NCBI RefSeq assembly: GCF_009914755.1
Contig: NC_060938.1
Length of the DNA stretch: 64,000 nt
Strand: one strand, 5' to 3'
Source of the DNA: the human T2T-CHM13v2.0 reference genome, Homo sapiens
Shown: positions 21,986-36,600 of the stretch, piece by piece
How the letters are laid out: each line of letters starts with the position of its first letter
Position numbering within the stretch: the first letter of the stretch is position 1
Notes under the pieces: generated by a model
Told to the model about the DNA's origin: nothing
The model's input: the letters and a program-made list of their open reading frames with translations, nothing else
The model's database searches: none
Made by a program: the position numbers and the translations under genes

Positions 21986-22074
21986 AAAAACCCTGGTGAT
22001 AGTTTTTAAATTTATTAAAGTTATCCTTGTGCTCATTTTTCTTTGTATCCAGTTATAATCTGAAGGGTAGTGAT

Positions 22075-22665
22075 TGTATTTTGATTGAAGTAAGTTGCAC
22101 ATACTGAAAAATACGTAACCTTAGAGTTTGGTTTGGTGAATGTTCACAAAGCAGCACAAATATATAAATAGCACCCAGATCAAGAAATAGAACATTACCA
22201 GCACACAAAAGCCATTCTTCTACCTGCCCCGCTTTTAGACACTATCCCCTTCCAAGGATAACCACTTTCTGTACTTGTAAAGACATAGATCAGGTTTGCC
22301 TGTTTTTAAACTTCACGCTAATGGAAGCACACGGCATGTACTCTTTTGGTCTGGCTTCTTTTGCTCATTATCATGTCTGTGAGATTCACCCAATCTGTTG
22401 TATGTGTCAGTAATTTGCTCATTCTCATTGAGATACATTATTCCATTGTATAAATATACCACAATTAGATGTTCTGTCTACCATTAATGAACTGTTTGTT
22501 TCCAGTTTGGGGCTATTACAAATAGTGTTGCTAGGAATGCTCCTGTGCATTCTTTTGGTGAGTTTATGTACGCAGAGCAAGGGGCTGGATTGATGGGTCA
22601 TAGGCTAGGCATTTGTTCAGTTTTGGTATGCATATTGCCAAATGGTTTTTCAGGTGTTGCCTTTT
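22075..22665 (-). mobile_element. L1ME 3' fragment
   Basis: CACCCAGATCAAGAAATAGAACATTACCAGCA..TCTGGCTTCTTTTGCTCA..TTCCAGTTTGGGGCTATTACAAATAG. Confidence 0.85.
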
Positions 22666-23682
22666 TATTCATCTTTGGATTTCTACACACACACTCACAT
22701 TTCTTACCCTCTTGTCTCTTTTTACCCTAAGAAAATACTTTGCACATAGTGAGTACCTGACAAAGGATGTAACAAAGAGTGTACATATATACACACGTAT
22801 ACATGTTTGTAAATGCATGCGTGTATGTATACACATATATAAATAAATCCCCGTGTTGTGTATAATAGCTCAAATATAACAACAACCCTAGCAAGTCAAC
22901 AATCAAACAGGCTATGCTGGGGCTGAAAGGTGTGAAGTTGGTGGGGGAATGGCTGGGGACTTCCATTCCCATCTGAGATTTGGCTCATCTACAGGTGAAT
23001 TTCAGTTGCCTTTGGTCTGAATTCTGGAAGTTGCTCCAACTTACGTCTTGTGGTAGTTGACAAAATAGAAGCAAGCCTTTGTAAGAAAAGGGTGTTACTG
23101 AAGAAAGAGGTCATCCTTCTTCATGGAGAATGGGGGAGAGATGAGCCTGTTAGAGTGCTTGGTGCAGAGAACAAGACTTTTGGAGAGAGGATCGTCCAGT
23201 ACAACTGCCAGGCTAAGGGTCTTAGATGCAATATTGATTTTCTTAGATCATTTAGTTTTCAACAAACTCCCTTTTCCTGCACACTTTTTCCTCATTCAAC
23301 CTTTAGAAAGGACTTGGGCTGCGCATGATACGGGCACAGCTCTTCTGTGAACTGTCTCACAAGACTGGAACAACTTTCAGAATTTCTATAAAAGAAAACA
23401 TTACAGTATTGGGGAATTTTTTTTAATCACAGGAGGACTCTAAAATGTGTACTGCCATTTTCTTTAATCTTGATTAACTTCATGGGAAAATTTGATGCCA
23501 CTAAGAAATATATAATTTCCCACAGATGTTATATCTCTGCTATTAAATGTTGATGTCCCAGAACCCCGTGTGCTCGTGGAAGGGTCTAGAATCCATGACT
23601 TTGGCTGATCACCTACCTGTTTGCAGTTTCTAATGGAAAAAAAGAGCTCAGTGATTGCAGCCCCGGGTCTCTGTATAAGGAA

Positions 23683-23686
<4 letters not shown>

Positions 23687-23735
<49 letters not shown>
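23687..23735. repeat. (TG)24 microsatellite
   Basis: Perfect run, counted. Confidence 0.98.
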
Positions 23736-23737
<2 letters not shown>

Positions 23738-26354
23738 AGGGTGATGGTGGTGAGGGGGTCATGAATATATCTTTTACCATGAGAGGTATGAATGATTACC
23801 ATTTGAATAGCAAAAATACAGGTCTTTAAGTCAAGTAATTGGAGAAAGGCTTGGAAACTCTACCAAGTAGATCTGCAAATAGGCATCAGAAGACATTACA
23901 GGATTCATAACAAACTAAGCTGATATTTTTGAAGCGAAGCCAACAGTAATTCACAATTCAAAGGGAAAAATGACAACGCTTGAAAACCTGACTGACTCTA
24001 AGAGAACACTGGTGACTGAAGATGCACTTGGTAGGACTGTCCTTTTGGAAAGCTGGGGGAATCCTGCCTCTGAGCAAGCATTTTCAGGAGTGGCTGTGCC
24101 GTTTGGCCAAGGACTGCACAGATGCCAGATGGCTTTGGAGACCCTAGAGTAGAAGTTCCTAGTGAACTCTGGGAATGTGCTAATGCAAGCTTATGAATAT
24201 GGATTTCAGTAATCCTTAACCTTCTCAGGAGGTTACTAGCATGAACCTCTTTGTCATGTGGAAAAAAAAAAGTCCTTGTAGTTGTTCATCATTTGCCCTG
24301 AAGAACCAAGAAAGGACTCATGCTACTTCTTGGCCCAACAGGGAGTCAACACAGCTCAACAGTAGGACACTGAGAATCAGAGTCCCTCACTAATAGAATG
24401 TTGTAAGAGTCAAGCCCCTAATGCCTTTAGTGCAGATGTTTCAATCTTCCTGCAGGTCTTGGGATGGATGGGATGAGTTAATAGGGCATGCCCTGAAGGA
24501 GTAACCACAGAGTGAAGTACTAGTCTTGGCAATACAGAGCCCCAAGTATTAGCCGCTGAGTGGGTTTAGTTGAGAGGAGGGTGTGCAGTGATCAACTGAT
24601 ATGTGGTATATGACATATGTTATGGTGCGGGATGATGGCGGGTGTTGGAGGTAGCCTGGGTTGGGTAAGTCCAGGTCAGCCCATTGTCTGATTATTTCTA
24701 GTCTTTTCTTTTATCACAAAAAGATTTTCAGTCATCTCTTGTGACTGATTTTCACTTAATTTTCAGATAATTTCCTTTAAAAAGTAATCAGTAAGCCACG
24801 AATTGATTTATAGCTGAAGTCAGTTTCTATGTATGTTGTGTGGTTCCAAATATATATTTCAAAGCTCTGTGTGATATACAGAACCATAGAGAGATCAGAA
24901 AACATACAAAGAATAGATCTTGTCATTTGTGAATTTGGTGAATTAGACCATTTGAATCACCACTTGAAGGTTTGCTGTCCTGCAAGTCTTACGTATTTCT
25001 CAAAATAAAGGAGGTCTTCAGACACCCAGGTGTCCAATTACCTTCCATTTCCAGCCAGCTAATGTATTTTGTACTAATCTCCACTTTGCCTTTCGTAGTC
25101 CTCAGTAGCTAAGCCTTACTCTAACCAGATTCCCAGTTGATTATTTTTTAAACGAGTGTTTCTCTGCTTGTGAAGGTTGCGTATAAAGATACTTGCACAT
25201 CCTGAGCTCCTGTAGGATATCAAAGGACAGAATGCTCACCATGAAAATATTAAATAGGATAGAGGCATGAGGAAGGCATAAGAACACACACCTTTGTAGT
25301 TGTGTTTTTCTGCTGGAAGCTGCAGATCAGTCTTCATTTTGTGGAATATTTTTACAAATGTGTTTATTGACTGAGTTTTAGAAAGGTAGGTGTACCTGTG
25401 GCTTGTTCTATGTTAGCTACCGGTAGCTTTAGGATTTCCTGCCTAATGTGTTAACTTGGTCGTGGACCTGTCATGCCGAGTGAGCGATAAAAGGCACCGG
25501 AACCTGAGGAGATGCCTAGTGCATGGGCAACTCTATGATTCACTTGTTGACATGTCTAGTTTGGTCTTGAAATAAAAATAAACAAATTTAGAACATCGGC
25601 TTTATTTCTGTGGTGTTCTACCAAACTCTGATTTTTAGCATTCCAACCTCTTATAATGGCATTCAAAGTTGCCAAATGCCTCACAATTATTCTTTCTACC
25701 CCATATAAATGGATCTTTTAAACAGAGCCACTTTCTAGGCTGGCAGGAGGACTTGGGAACTTTGCTATAATTACTTCTCTAAGGCCTTCTCTCCTCCCAA
25801 ATGCCCTGGGGTGTTCCAAAGCTTGATGGAAGATATACTTGGTAAGATTGAAGAGTCTGCTGGGAAAGGCAGGTGAGAATGAGAATGTTTAGAGTTGGAG
25901 AAAGAAGGTGGAGAATTGAGTAGAGGATGCAGCGGCCACGGTGACTGGAGGCAAGTCCTCGGAAAACTGGAGAACGACTGTAGCTCAGAGAGTCAGGGCG
26001 AAGGAACTGACGCGCCTGGAAGCAGAGAGGACTCTGGGACTAAGGCCCATGGTAAAAGGCTTCCCCTTACTCTCCACGTGCTCATTTCGCCTGTCCAATG
26101 GTAAGGGTGCCTTTGGAATACAGGGAAAGAGAGGAGCCACAATTATGCAATCAAAGCCAGTGTCTCTTCCTGAAGGTCTTTTCCACCGGAAGGAAGGCGG
26201 CTCGCAAGAGTTGCTCTTGGAGCTTACTCTTGTAGAGCTGGTGACAGTTGGAAAAGGGGGAAGGAAGGGGAGGGGACATCACCATTTCCATTTTCACTCA
26301 AATGTCCTAATATCATATCTCTTCCTGTTATCTGAGTGACTCCTGTTTTGCTAA

Positions 26355-26691
<337 letters not shown>

Positions 26692-29600
26692 ACCTTTGTG
26701 CTTCCTGCAGACGGAGCTTTCTACTTGTTTCTGACCACACTATTTACTGGTAAAGAATCCAAGAAAGATTATGAATTATTTAGTGTTATTGACTTCCTAA
26801 AAGGGTGAGCAGTTCATCTTCCAGAGTCCGGTAATTTTCTAAAGTGAGAGGGCAGAGTTTGTGCATGTAGAGATGTGCATATAGAATGAACTTTCAGATG
26901 TAGCGGCTGTAACACACACTGGGACCATTTATTACAAAATCAAACAGATTTTCATTTATATTTGTCACATATTCAATCAGGGCTGGAAAATGGCTGATGA
27001 GACTGGTCAGTTAGGCAAGCGCTAGTCCCAGTTCCAGACCCAGTGTTCTGATGGGCTTCTAAGGGATCTGAGACAATGAAACACACAGACAACCCAGCAC
27101 TACACGTCACTTTAGCTAACAGGTTAAATTGTGTCTCTTCTTTTCCCTCCAGCCTGTTTACCCCAAGCAACGCCTCTCAGCCCTTTAACTGAAGGCATTA
27201 ACAATAACATTAACATATTTTGGCCTCGTTTTCTCTCCCTATTTTGATCCATTCTTAAGTGGATATTCCAGGGGGTAACGAAATAGCCAAAAGCAAAAAA
27301 TCATGGGTGCTTTTCGGAGAGGAAGAGATCCTTGGAAATCTAGTAAGGGTGCCTTTCATATTGGAGTAGTCATCTGTACTTGGGCAATGTGGACTAATCC
27401 CTCACCTCCCTCCTTCTTTCTCCGCAAACCCAACTGCACCCCACAGACTGACTTACTGTGGGTCATCTTAAAGTAGAAATTATGAGTGGAGAGGGGAGAG
27501 CCCACTGGCCCATATAGCTAGTTTTGACCTTGTTTGCTTCTGGTATGTGTATGTGTGTGTGTGTGTGTGTGCACTTGCATGTGTATTTCTTTATTCTCTT
27601 TGCATGTACCTCTAATTGATCTTGAAAAGAAGGGACAGTTAAAGAAGACGTTAAGGTGAAATGAAGCCATAACTGCAGCTGGAGACTTTTATTAAGTGTG
27701 GCAAAGTTCCCTGGGCTGTGCTGAAATTGTTTATTGATTTTGGTATGGCTGGGTGCTCGGGAGTAATCGCCCAGAATGCCACTGGAGAGAGCGTCTTGTT
27801 AGCTTACACTCAGCATCGCCTCAACGCAGCCGTTCACTCTGGAGCTTGCCTCTTTAACCTGTAAATAAATACCCCTGGTTAACTCCTGAGGTGCCTCTGC
27901 CTGGGACCAGCGCTGCTTCTGACCTGAATATGCTCACCCCCAGCAGCATTTAAAGACTCACGGGGTTTAATTTCTTCCATTAGAAAGAGATGTCTCAAGG
28001 GGGAGCAAAAACAGGGTTAGGTTTGAGATGAAAGATGCATATCATTTTCCATCTTGAATGTGTATTTGGTTTGTTTCTCTTAGTTTCCTTTTAGTAGTAA
28101 GGTTGGAAGTTTGAAGAAACAAAGTAAATTGAGATTGTTTTCAATGATGTTTTCACTATCTCATCCCTTTGTCTTTCCTTGTGTGTTTTTAATCAGTGTC
28201 ATGCCTTTGCCCATGCCTGGGTCTTCCTGGCTTTCCCACTGCTGTAACTAAGCTTTCTCTGGGGTTGCAACAGGGGCAGAGGTGGACCTGGGAACTGATC
28301 TTGTGTCTGCAGCCAGTGCTGCTCTCCAGCAAGCGATCCTGCACTGGGGCAGCTGCATGGGGAAGATGGGGTGTGCACACAGTCAAGCTCAATAGGAGGT
28401 GGGAAGAGAAGCCTGGCCCCAGGATTATCCAAGGGAGGAATTGAGTTGTAGGAAGAGAGTCAGGAAGTTTGGGTCAGCTGAAAAAAAGCTGGTTTAACCT
28501 GGGGCATCCTACTTCAAAGATAGGTAAGATTGGTATCTATTGGGGTCCCCAGGTTGACTCTGGAAGAGTCACATTCCTAAAGCTATTTCGCTTCAGAATT
28601 AGGGTTGCCAGTGATGGGGAGCCGACCATCATTTGCTTTGGTGGACTTTATTCCACATCACCCAGTGAAATGCCCTCGTGGTTGTCTATTCTTTACCTTT
28701 TGAGATCCTTCTGCAATTCCCAGGCATCATTCTTTTCAAGCTTCATGACCATGCTGCTGTCAGGCTGCTCACAATGTGGTACAATATCACTCCAAAAGTA
28801 CAGATCTACAAGGCACCTGGGACCAGGGTCTTACATTGGAGTTCCAGGGAACTAGTAGCTGCTCGAAAATCACATTTCTATGAGGTGTCCCTCTAACTGT
28901 CCTTAAACAATCCCTCTAGAGATGCTGATGTCATGTCCTTTCCAAGTCCCTCTGTATTTGTCTCTTCACCCTGTCTTATGTAGTGACTATTTTCTCCTGA
29001 AATCAAGCATTAGCGTATTTCCTCTTTTCGTTCTGATCACAGTGAGTTTTTCCCGTGAGTGACACAAGAATCAGAGACATTTTGGAGAGCATTGCATTCC
29101 GAATATTTCTACAACTTCCCACCTCCCTCACCCTGAATATTGTACCAGCCTTGCCCAGTGTCTTAGGGAATGACTGTATTGCCAGGAAAGGGAGTGAAGA
29201 TGAAAGACAAAGTCATAGAATCCTTGGGTTTTATCCCAAATTGCTATAGATTGTGCCTTGGCATTGCTTTTTCATGCCTCATCTTAGCTTCCAATAAGAG
29301 ATTTTGTATTTGTTTCTCATCCAGCTGGTCATTGTTGGTGAAAGCTAAGGAGCAAGTAGGAGTTCTCAAGATGAAATGGATGGTAAGTTAACTTTATGAT
29401 GAATGGCATTGCCCTGAAATCTCAGTAGAACCAAATTATTTCTAAACCTAAGATGGTATCTTCACCTCAAAAACTTCTCCACAGAATGACATTTTGGCAA
29501 AACAGTAGGGTTTGGACAGCCTTTGGGCCAAATTTGACTGGTATAGACGTGATTTGTATAGGTGTTTGACTTTTGTAGGTAATATTACTGAGAGTGATCA

Positions 29601-29781
29601 TAATATCTTCTCCTGTAGAAAGTAGCACACATCTCAGGTAAAATTTTTGCATCAAGCAGACATGTATTCCAATCTCAATACCATCCTTGAACCTGATCTT
29701 GACCAAGTTTATTTAACCCTTATGAGTTAAACCTTCCTTATGTAAAATGAGGTTGTGAGAATTTACTTAGATCCTATAGAC

Positions 29782-29997
29782 CTTGGATCAGCAAACTTTT
29801 CTGTAATTGCCAGATAGTAAATATTTAAGTCTTTGCAGATCATATTTTCCCTTATCACCACAATTCAACTCTACTGTTGTAGCAAAACAGCCGTAGATAA
29901 ATGGGTAAATAAATGGGCATGACTGAGTTCCAATAAAACTTTATTTACAAACAGCCAGTGGCTGGATTTGGTTGCAGGTGGATACAGCCGACCCCTA
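29782..29997 (+). mobile_element. MER58A (hAT MITE)
   Basis: CAGCAAACTTTTCTGTAA..GTTCCAATAAAACTTTATTTACAAA..GCCGACCCCT; 8-bp TSD CTATAGAC / CTATAGAT. Confidence 0.9.
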
Positions 29998-31139
29998 CTA
30001 TAGATGAAGTATTTCGCAAATGAGTGGGCTTTCCTAGCTCTAAACATAGAGAGCTACAAACTTTAATGGACTGAAGTTCTTAATTTTAATGAAGTACCTA
30101 CCTCTTCCTTGATCATAGGATCACTGGCTAACACTTAGACTATATTCAGCAAACTGGTTTGGCCAGTATGAAAACTAAGTTTTAAACATCTTCTAAAAGC
30201 TTGCAATGGGTGTTGATCCTAAGATGCAAATCCATTCTATCTTCCTAATTTTTCCTTTTCTCCCTAAGCTTGTCTGTTGCAGACCTCATTCGGACCCTCC
30301 CTCCCACAGTCTCTAATTTGGGGTTGGGACACTTCACTCTTCCATTGCCTCCCTGGCCCATGTCTTTTAGAGAATTTTAAATTCCTGTTAGAATTTCTCA
30401 GTCTGTTGCCTCCATTGGAAAGAGTTATTTTTGACCTACCCTGACCCCGTCTTGAACAACAATAAAATGGGGATTGGGAGAAACGTGACACAAATCAATA
30501 GGTTATCCTAACAGACGTGATCTTTGAGGCTGTTTTTTCTTGGACACTCACAGCAGTAACAAAGATAAATAGCGACTCTGTTACATTGCCATCTGAGCAG
30601 TAGGTGGCTCAGCAGGTCACTGCGTGGCCTCTAGTCTGGGTGGCCAGTAGGTTTGAGCAGGATGAGAAGCAGAGGAGGGCCAGGAATCTGGCCACGAGGA
30701 TAGAAAAGGAGAAGGCTCAAGGACAGGTGGTGCCTCCGTTTCTGTTGATGGTTGTTGATAACACATGGGGTTCCTTCGTGCTACTCAGCTGGCTCTGCTC
30801 ACTCACCCACTTTCTCATTTATCCTCATCCCCTTAGTCTACATGCATTCAATAAGCATATAGTGAGCACCTGCTGTATACAGGGCACTGGCATGGTAAGA
30901 GAACCTGGGCATTGGTAGTGGCTCTAGTGTTTCCTTTGCCAGCTTTTGAGCAAAATGTGAGAAGTGATTGAGAATTGAGAATTGATTGCTATGGCTGATT
31001 TGAAGACCCTGGGGGAAGAGAGGGGAAAGTAACTCAATGGTTTCCTCTTCCATCTTCCCAGGGACACCAGCTGGCTGGAGAGTGGTAAAGAGCAGATGTA
31101 AGAGATGCAGGGAACTCCACTCTCTCCTCCTTGAGTTCT

Positions 31140-31265
31140 TGTGGTAGTTGTAGTGAAAGTGGTACTACTGGTGGTGGTAGTACTAGTGGAGGTGATACTA
31201 GTAATGATTGTTCTCTTACTGGTAGTACTAGTAGTGGTGGTACTAATAATGATGATAGTAATAGC
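31140..31265. repeat. Degenerate (GTA/GTG/ATA)n trinucleotide tract at a MIR tail
   Basis: GTGGTAGTTGTAGTG..GTAGTACTAGTAGTGGTGGTACTAATAATGATGATAGTA. Confidence 0.85.
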
Positions 31266-31269
31266 TAAC

Positions 31270-31470
31270 AAAAAGATTGATTGATTACCATATACAATGT
31301 ATATTCTAGCTGTATTACTTCTGTTACCTCATTTAATTCTCACAGAGCCATGAGACCGGTATGGTTATCATTCCCATTTTATACAAGAAGAAAAGAAGGC
31401 TGAGAGAGTTTAAGTCACTTGCTACCACATGAGTAGGTTGCGGCAGAGCTGGGACAGGCTCATCATAGCA
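31270..31470 (-). mobile_element. MIR
   Basis: CTCATTTAATTCTCACA..ATCATTCCCATTTTATACAAGAAG..GAGAGTTTAAGTCACTTGC. Confidence 0.8.
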
Positions 31471-31598
31471 TTGATTTCATTGTGTCATGAATGCCTGTTT
31501 TCTTTTCTCTTTCCCCAATTCAGCTGTTAACTGGTTGATGGCATACACCACAATTTTTGTTGACTTTAAAAATATTGTAAAGTATAGCACATATACAT

Positions 31599-32042
31599 TA
31601 TTAAAAGAAAAACTGCAGCTGCAGCTGGGCTAGATTAAATTTAAAGGAGTTTAATTGAGCAATGAATGATTTGTGATTCGGGTAGCCCCCAGAATCACAG
31701 CAGATTCAGAGAGACTCCGGGGACGCCTCCTGGTCAGAACAAATTTATAGATCAAAATAAGGGAAGTGACATACAGAAATCAGAAGTGAGGTACAGAAAC
31801 AGCTGGATTGGTTACAGGTTGGCATTTGCCTTATTTGAACACAGTTTGAACGCTCAGCAGTGTATGAGTGGTTGAAGTATGGCGGCTGGGATTGGCCAAG
31901 ACTCAGCTATTGTTACAGGTGCATACTCCTAAGTTAGGTTTTCAATCCTGTCTACCTATTAAGTTAGGTCGCAGTTCATCCACAAGGACTGAAATATAGA
32001 AGTATGGAGTCCTTCTCAGACCATTTTTAGTTCACTTTAACG
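31599..32042 (-). mobile_element. MER57 (ERV1) solo LTR
   Basis: Reverse complement GTTAAAGTGAACTAAA..GAGAAGGACTCC..GGCCAATCCCAGC..CAATTAAACTCCTTTAAATTTAAT; 4-bp TSD ACAT. Confidence 0.92.
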
Positions 32043-32303
32043 ACATAAAACTGCACAAAACATACAGTATAAAGTGCAATGGATTATTATACAACAAAAC
32101 ACCTGTGTATTCATTGCCCAGACATTGCCAGCATTCCAGAAAATCCTCCCAGACCCCCTGTCAATTCTTAGCCCTCTTCTTCCCTTCCAGGAACAGCTCC
32201 CATGAACTCTAGCCCTACAGTTAGTTCTATCTATTGCTTAGATTTGTGAGATTTATCCATGTGTGACATGTAGCTGTAATTTGTGTATTTTCATTTTGGT
32301 ATA

Positions 32304-32727
32304 TGATATAGTTTGGTTGTGTGTCCCTGCCCAAATCTCATATTGAAATGTAATCCACAATATTGGAGGTGGAGCCTGGTGGGAGGTGGTTGGATCATGA
32401 GGGTGTTTCTCATGAATGATTTGGCACCATCTCTTTGGCACTGATCTCATGATAGTGAGTGACTTCTTGTAAGATCTGGTCATTTAAAAGTTCGTAGCAC
32501 CTCCCCACTCACTCTCTTGCTCCTGCTTTTGCCATGTGACATGCATGCTCCCCTTTCACCTTCCGCCATGACTATAAGATTCCTGAGGCCTCCCCAGAAG
32601 CCAAGTAGATGGCCAGTATCATGCTTTCTGTACAGCCTATGGAACCATGAGTCAATTAAACCTCTTTTCTTTATAAATTACCCAGTTTCAGGTTTTTCTT
32701 ATAGTAATGCAAGAATGGCCTAATCCA
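32304..32727 (+). mobile_element. MSTA/B solo LTR
   Basis: TGATATAGTTTGG..CCCAAATCTCATATTGAAATGTAATC..GAGTCAATTAAACCTCTTTTC; TSD GTATA. Confidence 0.94.
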
Positions 32728-34712
32728 GTATAGCACTACATCGTGGGAGCATACCAAATGTATTTATGTAATCTATTGTTGATGGACATTTGGATAATCT
32801 CTTGCTTTTGTTTATTATAAAGAGTACTACCATCAACACTGTTGTCCATGTCTCTTGGTCTTCCTGTACACATAGTTCTTTCTCTTGGAGAGAAACCTAG
32901 GAGTGGTCTTTCTGGGTCAAAGTATATTCCTATATTTTATAATTTACCTTCCCACCAGAAGTGTATGACAGTAACTGTTGCTTCACAGCTCACTGACACT
33001 GGGGATTGACAGGTTTTTAAGGTAATTCATTCTGACCTTAATTTGCATCTCACCAATTAGTAATGAGGTCAACAGTTTCATATGTTTACTGAATCTTTGG
33101 AATCTCCTTTTTGAAGTGCCAGTTCAAATCTCTTGCCCATTTTTATGTGTGTGTTTGCCTTTAAAAAAAAAAAAAAAAACAACTAATCTTTGGGAGTTAT
33201 GTATTCTGAATACAAATCCTATGCTGGTTACATGTTTGGCAAACAATCTTCTCTTATTATGTTGCTTGCTTTTGATTCTCTTGATAGTGTCTTTTGATGG
33301 ACTGAAATTCTTAATTTTAATGAAGTTAAATTTATCTATCTCTTCCTTTATGGGTAGTGCTTTTGTGCTATCTTCTGGAAGCTTTATTGTTTTGTTTTTC
33401 TTTATAGATCTGTAGTCCACTAGGGATTGATTTTTGTATATGGCATAAGGTAGGAATCATCTTATTTTCTTTTTACCTTTCTTACTGATATTGAGTTGAC
33501 CCCGTATCATTTATTCAGAAGACCATCCTTTCCCCACTGCTCTGCAATGTCACTTTTGTTGTAAATCAATAGGCCATATATGTGTGGGTCTGTTTCTGGA
33601 CTCTATCTTGTTCCATTGGTCTATTTGCCTATCCTCGTGACAATTCCATACTATCTTAATTGCTGTGGAATTCCACTTGAGTCTTACTTTAATTTCATCT
33701 TTGTATCCTTCGTGCCTATCACAGTGCTTGGCACATAATATATGCAAATACTTGTTGGATGAAAGGGCCTCTAGTACTGGTTTCTGTGGATTTGCCATCA
33801 TGGAAGGCCCTGTGAGGGTAGAAAGAAGGTGACTTTATTCCTCTCCCAGGATGGGGCTGGGCTTGGAGGGTGCTTTGGACCTACCAGGGTTTTGCTGGGA
33901 TAGTAAGATCTGAATGTCTGCATTAGGCAAAAGGCCACGGCGGTTAGTGGAGCTGGGAAGCTGTGACAGAGATGGATGTTAGAGGTGGGACAGCAGTGGT
34001 GGAGTAGGTTAGCTGGATCCCCTTCACAATGATGATAGCATCCAGCTGTCTTCCTTGGGGGAAGGGCAGAGAACATTAATAAACTAAAGCTGTCACCAAA
34101 TCTAACCTCAAAGCCTCCCATCAGCCTCCCCAACACCCACTGAGACTGCTCCTTTGCTCGGAAGGAGGACCTTGTCTCAAGCAGACTGGTGGGTCATCTC
34201 CTCCCCATCTCCCAATGGGAACCTGACAGGAATCCAATGTTTCAGAGATGACTTCCCTGATTTTGCTCTCTCCCTGTCTCTGTAGTCAGCTAAGCTTCCT
34301 TAAACACCACCTTCAAGTTGTGACTCCCCTGCCCCAACACCAACAATGAATTCTTGTCCTTTACAACGTACATTTCAAACTCCCCACTGTGGACTTGAGA
34401 AGACTTTCCATAATTTGGCCCTTCAACATTTATCCAGTTTTCCTTTTCTCCTTCAGCCACTATCCGGCTGGGTCAGCTGGCTTAGTTATCTTATTTCCCA
34501 CATGGGTCGTTCCTTCTACTTAGATGCCTTTATCTTCTCTACTGATTCTTTAAAGCCCAGCCTGGGTTTTACTCCCACTCACCCGCCACGAAGCCCTTTC
34601 TGACTACTTCAGCACCCTATTCCCTCCCATCTCTGAAACCCTTGGTGTGTTCCTATCCAGTATTGAAAAGTTGCCATTTACGGTTCTCCCTTAGATTGCA
34701 GGAAAAGAAAGC

Positions 34713-35645
34713 TGTATTAGTCAAGTGTCCCCTGGGAGCTGTGTTAGTTACTAGCTGCCAGAGCAGATTACCACCAACCGGGTGGCTTAAGCAATAGAAA
34801 TTTATTTTCTCACAGTACTGGAGGTTAAAAGCCCAAGATCAAGGCATTGGTGGGTTTAGTTTCTTCTGAGGCCTCCTTAGCTTGCATACGGCTGCCTTCT
34901 CACTGTGTCCTTGCATTGTATATTTCTGTGAGTCTCTGCTGTGTGTGCATCTAATTTCCTCTTCTTATAAGGACACCAGTCAGATTGGATTAGGGCACAC
35001 CCTAATAGTCTCATGTCAACAACCTCATCCCTTCCTTAAAGGACCTATCTCCAAATACAGTCACGTTCTGCGTACTGGACATTAGGGCTTTAACACGTGA
35101 ATTTGTTGAGGAGGAGGGACACCCATTTTAGCCCATAACAGTAGCCATCTCACAGTGAAGAAAGCCAAAGAGAGAATTTATCACCTCTGGCATCTGAAAA
35201 GTGGGAGTTGATCAAATTGTTACAGCCGGATCCAGGTATCACAAGTTGTCTAGGGCCTTGCTCTCTCCCTCCCTCAGCCCCATTTTCTTCAATGTTGAAA
35301 TCATTCTAAGCTCCCCTTCCATTGTTGTGGCAAGATGGCTGCACAGCCCTTGGCTCATATTTCAGCCACGGGGCTGCTCCAGGGAACAGGAGGCTTCTAT
35401 CCCAATGGTACCAGGAAGAGTTCTGAGGCCAATTCTCATTGGCCCAGACTTGGTCAAGTGTTCATCACTGAACCAATCACTGAGATTCTACTGGGCCTGA
35501 TTTGGCTAAGGCATCCTCCCACCTCAGAGGAAAAGTAGAGTCACCTAATCAGACCACATTGACCAAGAGGGGGGCAGTGGTCCCCCACGGAAAAGCCAAG
35601 GCATTGCCGTAGAAAGAGGACAGGATGCAGGACAAGGAAAACAAG
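34713..35645 (-). mobile_element. Old MLT1 (K/L-like) LTR hosting MLT1A
   Basis: TGTATTAGTC start; GGCAAGATGGCTGC, TCTCATTGGCCCAGACTTGGTCA, CTGAACCAATCACTG. Confidence 0.65.
34740..35140 (-). mobile_element. MLT1A0/B solo LTR
   Basis: GGGTGGCTTAA..AGAAATTTATTTTCTCACAG..TCTTATAAGGACACCAGTCAGATTGGATTAGGG..GCCCATAACA; TSD GGAGC / GTAGC. Confidence 0.9.
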
Positions 35646-36364
35646 GAATATTTATTCCAGTTACTTTCCAAGTGCATCATGCTGATCCACACTTGGCCCC
35701 AAGAGGTAGGTTTTATTATTTTCATTTTTGCAATAAAGAAATGGCGTCTCAGGGAGGGCATGTCCAGTCAAGTAACTGATAAGTTGAGATCTCGATTCAA
35801 GTACTGATCTGACTGCAAAACTCACATCCTTTCCTCCACTATACTGTCTCTCTCAGCATCTTCCATGAAGGGATTCAGCTGCTGGCATTCTCAACAACTG
35901 GCACAGCTGCAGGAAATCACAAGACCTCCACCATTATAGGGCTAGAGGCTGATTATAGTTAGCTGTGCCTTGGGCATGCTGCAGGGTGTGTTAAGCTTCA
36001 GGTGCGGAGGCTAGGGAGGCAGGTAAGGCTCAGGCTTGAGGGCAGAGGCTGTGTCAACAGAGATTCTGGGAGGAGACAGCAAAGGGCACAGGAGGAAGAA
36101 ATGGAGATAGATGTAGAGATAGCAGTTCGGTAGATGTAGCAGGTGCAGTTGACTTCCTACTGCATAGCCTGGGTGTATGTGGCTCTCCTGGGGGACTCTC
36201 TTGCTAGCTCCCATTTCTGCCTTCCAAGACTGGAGTTTCACTGTATGAGTGAAGGCAGGTCCACCTGGCTCCTTCCAATCTTCTCTTTGTTCCTCTTCTT
36301 TGCAGATATCTTTCCAGACTTCCAAATACTAAAAACACTAAATTCAGAGATTGCTCAGCTCATT

Positions 36365-36600
36365 GTAGTAGAGTGGAGTGATTAAAAGAACAGCCTGGAG
36401 GTGGTCTGCCTAGCTGTCCACTTAGCTGCTGTGTGGCCTTGGGCAGTTATTTAACCTCTCTGGTCTTCAGTTTCTTTATGTGTAAAATGGAGCTAAACAG
36501 AGATTGACCTCATAGAACTGAGATAATCTACCAAAAGGTGTCAGGACAGTGCCCTACACACTGTATATGCTCAAAAATTAAAAATGTCAGGCATTATTGA
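36365..36600 (+). mobile_element. MIR
   Basis: GCTGTGTGGCCTTGGGCAGTTATTTAACCTCTCTGGTCTTCAGTTTC..TGTAAAATGG. Confidence 0.85.

Larger units (their letters stand above)
31550..33680 (-). mobile_element. L1ME relic hosting MER57 and MSTA
   Basis: Antisense L1 text (GATTTATCCATGT, GTTGATGGACATTTGG, TTAATTTTAATGAAGT, GTGTGGGTCTGTTTCTGGACTCT) continuing across both LTRs. Confidence 0.82.

Noticed and set aside
25415-25428. Perfect 14-bp palindrome AGCTACCGGTAGCT
   Set aside because: A few palindromes of this size are expected by chance in 64 kb.
30924-31271. Thr-rich mucin-like ORF
   Set aside because: Degenerate trinucleotide tract at a MIR tail.
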